A stretch of 64,000 nt of DNA from Deltaproteobacteria bacterium. GTDB lineage: Bacteria > Desulfobacterota > Binatia > UBA1149 > CAYXZP01. Under the pieces are notes generated by a model. It ran no database searches. It saw nothing but the letters and a program-made list of their open reading frames with translations, and was not told where the DNA came from. Shown in pieces: positions 1-9,006 of the stretch. How positions within the stretch are numbered: position 1 is the stretch's first letter; each line of letters starts with the position of its first letter. The DNA lies in NCBI GenBank assembly GCA_046583365.1, contig JAYGCL010000027.1, positions 13,311 to 77,310 on the forward strand, read 5' to 3'. A program made the position numbers and the translations under genes.

Positions 1-2
1 AC

Positions 3-509
3 CGCCTCATCCCCGGCCGCTGCGGGAGTTTCGACCGGGTCCGCCTTTTCGACCGGGGCGGGCGTCCGGCTTTCAACCGTCGGGAGACTTTTAAGCAGGC
101 CCTCTACGCGCCCCAAACGATTCTCCAGAGCTTGCACCGAAACCTCATCCACCCCGTCGGCCGGCTGCAGGTCCAGGTCCAGGCCAGCCTCACTGAGAGC
201 GGCCTCGATGGTCTCGATGCGGTCGGTCTGTACCTCTAACAGGTCGGTGACCCCACTGACCAGATCGGCTGCCGCGTCCACTCTCCGGGCCAGAGACCGC
301 ATCTCGTCTTCTATCCGGGCATCGCCGGCCGCGGCCTCGGTAGCCGGCCGGTCCTCGCGCTCAGCGCTGGCCCCAGCGGGGCTCTCGGCCAGGCGCCCGA
401 TGAGGCAGTCCATCTGACGGCGCAACTCGCCCAGGGCAGTGGCGAAATCGATATCCTCCACCGCACCGGCCACTTTTTCGGCCCAGCTTTGCGGGCGCTC
501 CTTATCCAT
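3..509 (-). CDS. Hypothetical acidic, coiled-coil-like protein, partial (runs off the window start)
   Basis: Translated by hand from ATG at 509: MDKERPQSWAEKVAGAVEDIDFATALGELRRQMDCLIGRLA..., with no stop before position 1. Absent from the ORF track. Starts 21 nt after the CBS gene stop. Confidence 0.7.
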   Translation of the reverse strand, partial: MDKERPQSWAEKVAGAVEDIDFATALGELRRQMDCLIGRLAESPAGASAEREDRPATEAAAGDARIEDEMRSLARRVDAAADLVSGVTDLLEVQTDRIETIEAALSEAGLDLDLQPADGVDEVSVQALENRLGRVEGLLKSLPTVESRTPAPVEKADPVETPAAAGDEA

Positions 510-530
510 TCGGGTGCAGGCGGGCGGGGG

Positions 531-1082
531 CTAGGGGCCTTCCCGTTCCCGTGTGTAGTTCTGCCTCGGCATGGTAGGCAGGTTCATAATGCTCTTGGGG
601 AAGAAACGGACAAGGTAGGTAACTATGTCCTTGACCGAGACTATCCCCACCGGCTCTCTCGCACTGTTGACCAGTGGTATGTGGCGGTAATCGCCAAGGC
701 TCATCTTGTTGAGCGCGTAGGCAATGGAATCGGTGGGTCGCAGCGATTCAGGGTTTGACGTCATCAACTTGCGTACCGGAGTCTTGGCCGGGTCCAACCC
801 CTTACCCACAACCTGGGTAAGAACATCGCGTTCGGTAAAGATGCCCTTGAGCTTTTTCGACCGTGCCACCAGCACACAACCTATTCTCTCCTTCTGCATC
901 AAGGCAATGGCCTCGATCACCGGCACCTGGGGTTCCACCACTACCGGCAAGCGGGGTTCCAGGACCGTGACCGGGTTGCGAAGCATGTCTTCGTCAAAAA
1001 CCCTCACCTCGTCGCCGGACTCGGCTTCACGAATGCTCTCGTCGATGAATTCCTCGACTGTGCTGTCTCTCTCGTCGGCCAT
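531..1082 (-). CDS. Stand-alone CBS-pair (Bateman module) protein
   Basis: CBS motifs IGCVLV..LKGIFTERD and YRHIPLVN..PVGIVSVKDI. ATG at 1082 lies 4 nt after the korB stop. Confidence 0.9.
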   Translation of the reverse strand: MADERDSTVEEFIDESIREAESGDEVRVFDEDMLRNPVTVLEPRLPVVVEPQVPVIEAIALMQKERIGCVLVARSKKLKGIFTERDVLTQVVGKGLDPAKTPVRKLMTSNPESLRPTDSIAYALNKMSLGDYRHIPLVNSAREPVGIVSVKDIVTYLVRFFPKSIMNLPTMPRQNYTREREGP

Positions 1083-1086
1083 GGCG

Positions 1087-2109
1087 CTACTGTACGACCC
1101 AGGTATCACCACTTGCAAACAGTTTGTCAAAGTCCTGGGTGCCGCCGGCCTTGGCCTTGGCATCCTCTATCTGCGCGTAAAGCATGGACTCGTAGGTGGG
1201 CCTCTCGACGCAGTGCAGCACGCCCAGGGGCACGGGGAAGTTCGAACCTCCCGCCAGGCGGGTAAGGAAGTAGCCCATCGATTCGTTGGCCTCGTCGTGG
1301 ACCAGAATTGCGGATTCCCCCACATCGGCCACCGAGACCACCTCGGGGGTCATCTCCTTGGTAAGCCGTATACCCAGCTTGCCGCCCTCGCCGAAAGTCA
1401 AAGGCTTGCCGTGTTCTACCACCAGCTGGTTATCGATACGGCTGGCCCCGTCGGTCACGGCCGAGAAGGTCCCGTCGTTAAAAACCGGACAGTTCTGCAG
1501 AATCTCGATAAACGAGGTGCCCTTGTGGGCAGCCGCGCGATGGAGGACCTCTTGCAGGTGTTTCTGTTCGACGTCCACGGTGCGCGCAACAAAAGTAGCC
1601 CCGGCGCCGAAAGCCAGGGATGCGGCGTCAAAGGGGTTGTCGATCACACCGTCCGGGCTCGACTTGGTGATCTGCCCTACATGAGAAGTGGGCGAGAACT
1701 GCCCCTTGGTAAGTCCGTATATCCTGTTGTTGAAGAGCAGGATATTCACGTCGAGGTTACGGCGCAGGATGTGAATCAGGTGGTTGCCGCCGATGCTCAA
1801 CCCGTCGCCGTCGCCGGTGACGATCCACACCGACAGTTCGGGCCGGGACAGCTTTATGCCGCTGGCAATGGCCGGCGCACGGCCATGTATGCTGTGGAAC
1901 CCGTAGGTGTTCATGTAGTAGGGAAAGCGGCTCGAGCAGCCGATACCGGAGACGAACACCACGTTTTCGCGCGGCACATTCAGTTCGGGCATGACCTTCT
2001 GAACCTGGGCCAATACCGCATAATCGCCGCAACCCGGACACCAACGCACATCCTGGTCGCTTACAAAATCCTTTCTCGTTAACTTCCCTGCCGGCTCTGC
2101 TGCACCCAT
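1087..2109 (-). CDS. korB: 2-oxoacid:ferredoxin oxidoreductase beta subunit
   Basis: WCPGCGD, SGIGCSSR, and the TPP motif GDGD..SIGGNH..NNRIYGLTKGQ. Confidence 0.95.
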   Translation of the reverse strand: MGAAEPAGKLTRKDFVSDQDVRWCPGCGDYAVLAQVQKVMPELNVPRENVVFVSGIGCSSRFPYYMNTYGFHSIHGRAPAIASGIKLSRPELSVWIVTGDGDGLSIGGNHLIHILRRNLDVNILLFNNRIYGLTKGQFSPTSHVGQITKSSPDGVIDNPFDAASLAFGAGATFVARTVDVEQKHLQEVLHRAAAHKGTSFIEILQNCPVFNDGTFSAVTDGASRIDNQLVVEHGKPLTFGEGGKLGIRLTKEMTPEVVSVADVGESAILVHDEANESMGYFLTRLAGGSNFPVPLGVLHCVERPTYESMLYAQIEDAKAKAGGTQDFDKLFASGDTWVVQ

Positions 2110-2112
2110 TCT

Positions 2113-3975
2113 CTAGTCCTCCAGTATCCGGCCTATGGATTCTTCGAGTTCACCGACCTTGAACGGCTGGCCTTCGACCTTGGTCAGTGGAATCGCATCA
2201 ACCAGGTAACGGTCACGCAACACCCTCACCAACTGCCCCAGGTTCATCTCCGGCACAACGATTTTCTTAAAACGGCTCATTATCTTTGCCAGATCCCGTG
2301 GTAGCGGGTTGAGCCACCTGAGGTGGACGTGCCCGACCGAATGTCCGGCCTCGTTCAAGCGCTTGGTGGCTTCCTTTATCGGCCCGTAGGTCGACCCCCA
2401 GCCCACAACCAGTACCTCGCCAAGCTCGCTGCCCTCGACCTCGGTGTCGTCAAAATCATCGGCAACACGGTCAACCTTGCTTGCCCGCATCCGTATCATG
2501 CGGTCGTGGTTGGCCGGCAAATAGCTGATATTGCCGGTGGCGTAGTCCTTTTCGAGTCCCCCCACCCGGTGTTCGAGTCCGGCAGTGCCGGGGATCGCCC
2601 AGGGCCGCGAGAGCGTGTCTTCGTTTCGCAGGTAAGGGTGAAACCCCAACTCTTCGGTCCAGTAGCGGGCTTCAATCTCGGGCAGGTCTTCGAAGGACGG
2701 CAGGCGCCAGGGCTCGGCACTGTTGGCCAGGAACCCGTCGGAGAGAATCATAACCGGCGTCATGTACTTGACCGCCACGCGTACGGCATCAAAGGCCACA
2801 TGGAAACAGTCTATGGGCGTGGCTGGAGCGATCACGGGTATGGGGCACTCGCCGTTGCGTCCGCACAGGGCCTGCATGAGGTCGGCCTGCTCGGTCTTGG
2901 TCGGAAGGCCGGTGCTCGGTCCGCCCCGTTGCACGTTGATTACCACCAGCGGCAGTTCGACCATCACGGCCAAGCCCAGGGTTTCACCCTTGAGAGCGAT
3001 GCCCGGGCCACTTGAGGCCGTCACCCCGATGCTGCCGCCGAAGGAAGCCCCCAGGGCCGCACCGACAGCGGCGATTTCGTCTTCGGCCTGAAAGCTGATG
3101 ACGCCTAAATCCTTGTGTGCCGCCAACTCGTGCAGAATGTCGGTGGCAGGGGTTATCGGGTAGGAACCGTAGAACAATGGCTTTTGGGCCTTGGCGGCGG
3201 CCGTAATCAGACCGAAGGCGATGGCCTTGTTGCCGGTAATATTGGTGTAGAGGCCGGGTTCCAGGCCGGCACGTTCAACCGTATAGGTGGTACCGAAAGC
3301 CTCGGTGGTCTCGCCGTAATTCCAGCCTGTCTTAAACGCTTTGGTGTTGGCCTCGACCAGGGCCGGAACCTTGGCAAACTTCCGGCCTATCCAAACCAAC
3401 GTTTCTTCGGTAGGCCGGTTAAACAACCAGGACACCAACCCGAGGGCGAAGAAGTTTTTGCACCTCACCACGGTCTTGGTGGGCAGTTTAAATTCGGCCA
3501 GAGCCTCGGTGGTCAGCTTGGTGATGGGGATCTTAAAGAGTTGAAAGCGGCTGGCCAGAACCTCGGCATCAAGCGGGGAACTATCGTATCCGGCCTTCCT
3601 CAGATTACCGGTCTTGAAGGCATCGGTATCGACAATAAGGATTCCGCCTTCACGCAGCTCGTCCACATTGACGGCAAAGGCTGCCGGGTTCATCGCAACC
3701 AGAACATCGGGCTGGTCGCCCGGCGTGGCAATGCTCTTACTGGAAAAATTGACCTGAAAACCACTGACCCCGGCCAGAGTCCCGGCCGGTGCCCTGATTT
3801 CGGCGGGGAAGTCGGGCAGCGTGGAAATATCGTTGCCGGCTATGGCAGATTCGTTGGTGAACTGGGTGCCGGTAAGTTGCATGCCGTCGCCCGAATCGCC
3901 GGCAAAACGAATAACGACGGTTTCGAGCTCCTCGCTGGGCTTTACGGAAGTTGACGATATTGAAGCTTCGGCCAC
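2113..3975 (-). CDS. korA: 2-oxoacid:acceptor oxidoreductase alpha subunit (gamma-alpha fusion)
   Basis: AGDSGDGMQLTG, YPITPA, QAEDEIAA, SSGPG, QRGGPSTGLPT and EMNLGQL motifs. Confidence 0.95.
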   Translation of the reverse strand: MAEASISSTSVKPSEELETVVIRFAGDSGDGMQLTGTQFTNESAIAGNDISTLPDFPAEIRAPAGTLAGVSGFQVNFSSKSIATPGDQPDVLVAMNPAAFAVNVDELREGGILIVDTDAFKTGNLRKAGYDSSPLDAEVLASRFQLFKIPITKLTTEALAEFKLPTKTVVRCKNFFALGLVSWLFNRPTEETLVWIGRKFAKVPALVEANTKAFKTGWNYGETTEAFGTTYTVERAGLEPGLYTNITGNKAIAFGLITAAAKAQKPLFYGSYPITPATDILHELAAHKDLGVISFQAEDEIAAVGAALGASFGGSIGVTASSGPGIALKGETLGLAVMVELPLVVINVQRGGPSTGLPTKTEQADLMQALCGRNGECPIPVIAPATPIDCFHVAFDAVRVAVKYMTPVMILSDGFLANSAEPWRLPSFEDLPEIEARYWTEELGFHPYLRNEDTLSRPWAIPGTAGLEHRVGGLEKDYATGNISYLPANHDRMIRMRASKVDRVADDFDDTEVEGSELGEVLVVGWGSTYGPIKEATKRLNEAGHSVGHVHLRWLNPLPRDLAKIMSRFKKIVVPEMNLGQLVRVLRDRYLVDAIPLTKVEGQPFKVGELEESIGRILED

Positions 3976-4089
3976 CTGTTCCCCTCTCTTGTCTCTTGCG
4001 TAGAATCTTATACCTGACTTAAGTAGAGAGTAAGCTCTATTATAATTTTTTCAAATGAAAAGAGGGGCTAAGGACAATTTTCTCTAATT
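3976..4089 (-). promoter_or_regulatory. AT-rich korAB promoter/operator region
   Basis: Most AT-rich tract in the window. Contains the palindrome ATTATAAT (4039-4046, TATAAT on both strands) and the inverted repeat TTTTCA-aa-TGAAAA (4048-4061). Confidence 0.55.
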
Positions 4090-5022
4090 TTACTCCTGAT
4101 GGTCAGATTCTGTCGGCGGCCTTGTTTTCCAACGCCTATGGGCCCAATTCCACTGCTCCGGGAACCGTCTTACCATAGCCTCGATCTCGGCCGTGTACAG
4201 AGCCGTCAGTGCCTGTATCGAGGCTTTTCTGCCGGGGCCGGGGGCCAGGGTCGGCGCCGAGGCGGCAGCCGCCGGCCAGATGGGTCGGCCCACCACAGGG
4301 ACCAGGCGGTCGCCTTGCCAGGCGGCAAAAATCGGCAATACCGGGGCTCCGCTGGCCACCGACAGACGTGCCAGCAAGGTTGAGGTGGAGGCAGCACGAC
4401 CGAACATGTCGACGAAGATACCCCGGCCGGCAGCCTGGTTCTGGTCCAGTGGGGCCACCACCAGACGGCCCTGGCCAAGCCCCTCAAGGGCACGGCGAAC
4501 CTCTATGCCACGGCCCAGCTCCTGATGGCCTGAGGTCGCCCGCTGTCGCTGTAAAAAGCCGGCCACCCAACGGTTTTTCATAGGCCGGTTAAAAACCGCC
4601 AGGCGTATACCCGAGCGCCCGCACAAACGTCCCAACAGTTCGAAGTTGGCCATATGAGCGGTAAGCCCCAGCACACCGCAGCCCTGCCGGCCCAGATCCT
4701 CGATGGTCTGCCGAAGGCGCTCGAAAGCGTCCCTGTCGGTTTCTTCGAACATTTGCTCGGCGTGCATGAGTTCGGCGGCGATGCGTCCCCAGTTGGCAAA
4801 AGCCTGTCCCGCGGTGGCTTCGACCCGGGCCCGAGAATAGTCGGGAAAGGCGATGCCAAGGTTATCGTAGATCACCTGGCGATGGCGGCGGTCCACACGC
4901 AGGGCCAGACGACACAGGCCCTCAAGAAAACCCCGCAACCGGGGCAACGGCGTTATCTCGCCCAGGGCCCATAACAGCCTGAAAAGCAGGTATGCGATAA
5001 AATCCACAGCCGTTGCCACCAT
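4090..5022 (-). CDS. Lipid A late acyltransferase, LpxL/HtrB family
   Basis: N-terminal anchor, H-x4-E motif (HMANFE), LDQ, FVDMFG and the C-terminal PEQWNWAHRRWK. Confidence 0.85.
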   Translation of the reverse strand: MVATAVDFIAYLLFRLLWALGEITPLPRLRGFLEGLCRLALRVDRRHRQVIYDNLGIAFPDYSRARVEATAGQAFANWGRIAAELMHAEQMFEETDRDAFERLRQTIEDLGRQGCGVLGLTAHMANFELLGRLCGRSGIRLAVFNRPMKNRWVAGFLQRQRATSGHQELGRGIEVRRALEGLGQGRLVVAPLDQNQAAGRGIFVDMFGRAASTSTLLARLSVASGAPVLPIFAAWQGDRLVPVVGRPIWPAAAASAPTLAPGPGRKASIQALTALYTAEIEAMVRRFPEQWNWAHRRWKTRPPTESDHQE

Positions 5023-5075
5023 TGCCCCCGGCCAGTCTAACGGCAGCGCCCCGAGTCCCCAAGCAAAAGGCGGCC

Positions 5076-5110
5076 TTGAGCGTATACAGCCGCCCTGTTA
5101 AGCCTTGGGC
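5076..5110 (+). promoter_or_regulatory. Putative sigma70-type promoter giving a leaderless ecm mRNA
   Basis: TTGAGC(5076)-17 nt-TAAGCC(5099-5104) with an upstream TG, then 6 nt to ATG 5111. No Shine-Dalgarno. Confidence 0.55.
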
Positions 5111-7081
5111 ATGGACGGCGCCCCAAGCCGCGCATGGATAATGCGCACCTACTCGGGCCACAGTTCGGCGCGGGCATCAAACGAGCTTTACCGCACCAAC
5201 CTGGCCAAGGGACAGACCGGTCTCAGCGTGGCCTTCGACCTGCCCACCCAGACCGGCTACGACCCCGACCACCCCCTGGCCAGGGGAGAGGTGGGCAAGG
5301 TGGGTGTGCCGATAAACAGCATCGCCGACATGGAAGTGCTGTTCGAGGACATCCCGCTCGAGCGTATGAACACCTCGATGACGATCAACGCCACGGCCCC
5401 CTGGCTGCTGGCCCTCTACGTCGCCACCGCCGAGCGCCGTGGCATTGAGGCCTCGGCCCTGCAAGGCACCATTCAGAACGACATCATCAAGGAGTACCTC
5501 TCGCGCGGCACCTACGCCTTCCCTCCCGAGCCCTCGGTCCGCCTTGCCGCCGACATCATCGAATATACGGTGGTAGCGATTCCCAAGTGGAACCCCATCA
5601 ACATCTGCAGCTACCACCTGCAAGAGGCAGGTGCCACGCCGGTTGAAGAACTCGCTTTTACGATTGCAAACGCCATCACCATCCTCGATGCGGTAAGGGC
5701 CAGGGACAACATCGACGAGGAAACTTTCGCGCTGGTATTCGGACGCATCTCCTTTTTCGTCAACGCCGGCATCCGCTTCATCGAGGAGATGTGCAAGATG
5801 CGCGCCTTCACCCGCATGTGGGATGAACTGGGAGCCGAGCGTTACGGCATAAAAGACGCCAAAATGCGGCGCTTCCGCTACGGGGTACAGGTAAACTCGC
5901 TGGGACTTACCGAACAACAGCCCGAGAACAATGCCATCCGCATAGCCCTGGAAATGCTCGGGGTGGTACTGTCCAAAGGCGCCCGTGCCCGCGCCATTCA
6001 ATTGCCGGCCTGGAACGAAGCCCTGGGTCTGCCCCGCCCCTGGGACCAGCAGTGGGCTCTTAGAACACAGCAGATAATGGCCTACGAGACCGACATCCTC
6101 TCCTTCCAGGATATCTTCGACGGCTCTACCGTGGTGTCGGCCAAAGTCGACGAACTCATAGCCGAGGCCCGGGCCGAGCTGGCCTCCATAGAAGACATGG
6201 GAGGGGCTCTGGCGGCGGTCGAGACCGGCTACATGAAACAACGGTTGGTCGAGTCCAACGCCCGGCGTCTGCGTGCAATAGAGAGCGGCCAACAGAAAGT
6301 GGTCGGGGTCAACGCTTTCACCCAGGCCGAAGATTCGCCACTGGTGGAGAACCTCAAGCGAGCCATACTCAAACCCTCCGACAACGCCGAGAGCGATCAG
6401 ATCCAGCGCCTCGAGGCCTTTCGCGCCAAAAGAAACGACCACGATGTCGCATCGGCGCTGGCGACGCTGACCGAGGCAGCCAACAACGCAACCAACATCA
6501 TGCCGGCTTCCATCGCCGCCGCCCATGCCGGGGTAACCACCGGCGAGTGGGCCGACGTGCTACGCAAGACTTTTGGGCAATACCGGGCCCCCACAGGCGT
6601 GGGCGGCCAGAGTCCGGCCGACGCCGAGAGCATCAAGGATCTGCGCCGCAAGACCAACCTGGCCACCGCGAGCCTCGGCCATATCCCCAGACTGTTGGTG
6701 GGCAAGCCCGGCCTGGACGGCCACAGCAACGGCGCCGAACAAATTGCCGTGCGGGCCCGCGATGCCGGCTTCGAGGTCATCTACCAGGGCATACGGCTTT
6801 CCACCCGGGAGATTGTCACCACCGCCCAGCAGGAAGATGTCGATGCCATCGGCCTCAGTATACTCTCGGGTTCCCACATGACGCTGGTACCGGAGATTCT
6901 GGAGGCCATGGCGCAGTCGGGGATGGCCGATGTGCCCGTGGTTGTGGGAGGAATCATCCCCGACGATGATGCCCATCGCCTGCTTGAACTCGGTGCGGCG
7001 GCCGTCTACACGCCCAAAAACTACCAACTCTCGGCCATCATCGGCGACATACTCGACCTGATAGTGAACCGTCGCGCCTAG
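5111..7081 (+). CDS. ecm: Ethylmalonyl-CoA mutase (MeaA/Ecm), B12-dependent, single chain
   Basis: MRTYSGHSSARASNELYRTNLAKGQTGLSVAFDLPTQTGYD, NICSYHLQEAG, RFRYGVQVNSLGLTEQQPENN and a fused B12 domain KPGLDGHSNGAEQIA. These fit MeaA/Ecm better than MCM. Confidence 0.9.
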   Translation: MDGAPSRAWIMRTYSGHSSARASNELYRTNLAKGQTGLSVAFDLPTQTGYDPDHPLARGEVGKVGVPINSIADMEVLFEDIPLERMNTSMTINATAPWLLALYVATAERRGIEASALQGTIQNDIIKEYLSRGTYAFPPEPSVRLAADIIEYTVVAIPKWNPINICSYHLQEAGATPVEELAFTIANAITILDAVRARDNIDEETFALVFGRISFFVNAGIRFIEEMCKMRAFTRMWDELGAERYGIKDAKMRRFRYGVQVNSLGLTEQQPENNAIRIALEMLGVVLSKGARARAIQLPAWNEALGLPRPWDQQWALRTQQIMAYETDILSFQDIFDGSTVVSAKVDELIAEARAELASIEDMGGALAAVETGYMKQRLVESNARRLRAIESGQQKVVGVNAFTQAEDSPLVENLKRAILKPSDNAESDQIQRLEAFRAKRNDHDVASALATLTEAANNATNIMPASIAAAHAGVTTGEWADVLRKTFGQYRAPTGVGGQSPADAESIKDLRRKTNLATASLGHIPRLLVGKPGLDGHSNGAEQIAVRARDAGFEVIYQGIRLSTREIVTTAQQEDVDAIGLSILSGSHMTLVPEILEAMAQSGMADVPVVVGGIIPDDDAHRLLELGAAAVYTPKNYQLSAIIGDILDLIVNRRA

Positions 7082-7086
7082 AACGC

Positions 7087-8175
7087 CTACGGCGTGTTGC
7101 GACGAATAAGTCGGCCACGGCCTTCGGTCAGAAACTCGCCACCGTTTTTCCCCACCGCCACACCTCTTAGATCCAGGACGGCACTATCCCTCACCACTGC
7201 GCCTTGGCCACCGTTGCCACTTATGCTGCCGCCACGCAGCACCACGGTCGAAGAACCGCTTACCACCACCCCCTTGTCCCCGTTGCCTTCTATGGTCGTG
7301 TTGGCAAGCTCCACCGTGGAGTCATAACTAACGCGCAGACCGTCGGCGTTTGGAGGCGCAGGCTGGCCCGCTTTGCCCAAACCGTTTTTGATGATTACGT
7401 TGTCGTAGCCGGTAAGCCGTGAGCCGGTAACCCCTACCCCCTTGTCGTAGTTTTCGGCCACCGTGTTGGCGATCAGCAAAACGCTGGACCCCCTGGTCAC
7501 GGCAACCCCGTCGCGGTTACCCTTTATGGTGTTGCCCTTCAAGACCGCATCCGAGTTGTCAAACACCAGCACGCCCTTGCCCTTGGTGCGGAAACCGTTC
7601 CCCTCGAGCGTGCAGTTTTCGATCGTGACGGCCTGGGCCCTCTCGCTTACTCCAATGCCATCGTCGCGGTTTCCCCTCGCCTTGCAGTCGGCGATGATAA
7701 CATCGCGAGCCTGGCCACGCACCGAGAATCCGTCTAACAAAAAGCCGTCGCTCGCCAACCCCCTGACGACAACCCCGGAAGCCACAATCACCAGGCCATC
7801 GCAGCCCTCACGGTCGCCGCTGCGCATACAGTCGCCGCCCTTTAAGATCACACCATTGCCGACCACCTCGGTACCGTAACCTCGAATAGACGGTAGCTGG
7901 CGGAACACATAGACCCTGGTCCCGGATTTCAGTGCGAACACGATCCTGACCGGGACCTTGGAAAGGTTGGCCTTCTCTATGGCGGAGCGAATGCTGTCGG
8001 GACCGCTGCTAAGTGTCGAGGTAACCGTGATCGTTGTGGGCTCAGCAATTACCACCGGCTGGGCTGCGACCGGCCGGACCACCACCGGCACGGACCATGC
8101 AAACGTGGCAAGCGCGACAATCGCGCACCCGCCCGACCACGAGCGGCCTGTTCCAAGCCCTGGCCTTTTATTTAT
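7087..8175 (-). CDS. Secreted right-handed parallel beta-helix repeat protein (start uncertain: ATA 8175 or GTG 8091)
   Basis: Many GN/N-x-x-G-hydrophobic beta-helix repeats and an N-terminal SGPDSIRSAIEKAN cap. The frame upstream of GTG 8091 encodes a signal-peptide-like stretch. Confidence 0.8.
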   Translation of the reverse strand: MNKRPGLGTGRSWSGGCAIVALATFAWSVPVVVRPVAAQPVVIAEPTTITVTSTLSSGPDSIRSAIEKANLSKVPVRIVFALKSGTRVYVFRQLPSIRGYGTEVVGNGVILKGGDCMRSGDREGCDGLVIVASGVVVRGLASDGFLLDGFSVRGQARDVIIADCKARGNRDDGIGVSERAQAVTIENCTLEGNGFRTKGKGVLVFDNSDAVLKGNTIKGNRDGVAVTRGSSVLLIANTVAENYDKGVGVTGSRLTGYDNVIIKNGLGKAGQPAPPNADGLRVSYDSTVELANTTIEGNGDKGVVVSGSSTVVLRGGSISGNGGQGAVVRDSAVLDLRGVAVGKNGGEFLTEGRGRLIRRNTP

Positions 8176-8941
8176 GATCGTAAAGAACCGCCGTGATATT
8201 GTCGTGCCCGCCCTCTTCTATGGCACGGTCAACCAGGACCGTGGCGCGCTGCTCGGCCGACCCCAGCATAACCATGGCCTCAGCAATATCCGAGGCCGGC
8301 ATGGCACCCCAGAGACCATCGGAACACAACAACACCGAATCTCCACGCTCGAGCTTACGCATGGACACTTCGGCCACCGGCCCGTCCAGACCCAGAGCCT
8401 GAGTGACCAGATTGCGTTGGGGATGGACGAGGGCTTCTTGCTGGGAGATTTGCCCTTGGGCTACCAGCTCGGCGACCACCGAGTGGTCGTGGGTTACCTG
8501 TTCAAAACCCGAACGCCTCAGGACATAACCACGCACGTCGCCGACGTGCCCGGTAACAATACAATCGCCGGTAATCAGACCAACCACCAGGGTGGTGGCC
8601 ATACCGGCCAGATGGGATTGCGACGCGGAGGCATCCACTATGCACTGGTGGGCCTCGGCCACGGCGTCACCAACCAGGCGCTTCATGCCGGCCCCACCTG
8701 CCGATAGCGCCGGGAGGTTCTCGTCAACGAACAACGCCGCAGCTTCCAGGGCCAGACGGCTGGCAACCTCGCCGGCCGGCAGTCCGCCCAGACCGTCGGC
8801 CACCATCAACAGACGGCCGTCCTCGGATACGTGGAAACCGTCTTCGTTGCCCTCACGCACACAGCCAACATCCGTGATACCACAAACGTCGCGCCCCGGC
8901 GCCAGCACCTGCCGCTTCTTGCTCGACCCCCGTCCGCCCAT
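8168..8941 (-). CDS. PP2C/PPM family Ser/Thr protein phosphatase (Stp1/PrpC-like)
   Basis: TDVGCVREGNEDG, VADGLGG, GMATT, HVGDVRGY, THDHS, LCSDGL and GGHDNIT motifs. Confidence 0.93.
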   Translation of the reverse strand: MGGRGSSKKRQVLAPGRDVCGITDVGCVREGNEDGFHVSEDGRLLMVADGLGGLPAGEVASRLALEAAALFVDENLPALSAGGAGMKRLVGDAVAEAHQCIVDASASQSHLAGMATTLVVGLITGDCIVTGHVGDVRGYVLRRSGFEQVTHDHSVVAELVAQGQISQQEALVHPQRNLVTQALGLDGPVAEVSMRKLERGDSVLLCSDGLWGAMPASDIAEAMVMLGSAEQRATVLVDRAIEEGGHDNITAVLYDHK

Positions 8942-9006
8942 AGGATCATTTTAGCCGATAATGGGGCGGCTTGCCTGCTTACCCTCCAATGGTCTATTAA
9001 GGGGGG
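8942..9006. promoter_or_regulatory. Back-to-back promoters, both predicted leaderless
   Basis: Minus strand: TAAAAT (8953-8948), 6 nt, ATG 8941. Plus strand: TTGCCT(8971)-18 nt-TATTAA(8995-9000), 6 nt, GTG 9007. Confidence 0.55.

Noticed and set aside
724-2082. 452-aa plus-strand ORF, and similar long antisense ORFs at 5177-6526, 14366-15400, 40586-42142 and 45962-47083
   Set aside because: They lie antisense to well-conserved genes and carry no recognisable motifs. They are expected shadow ORFs in GC-rich DNA.
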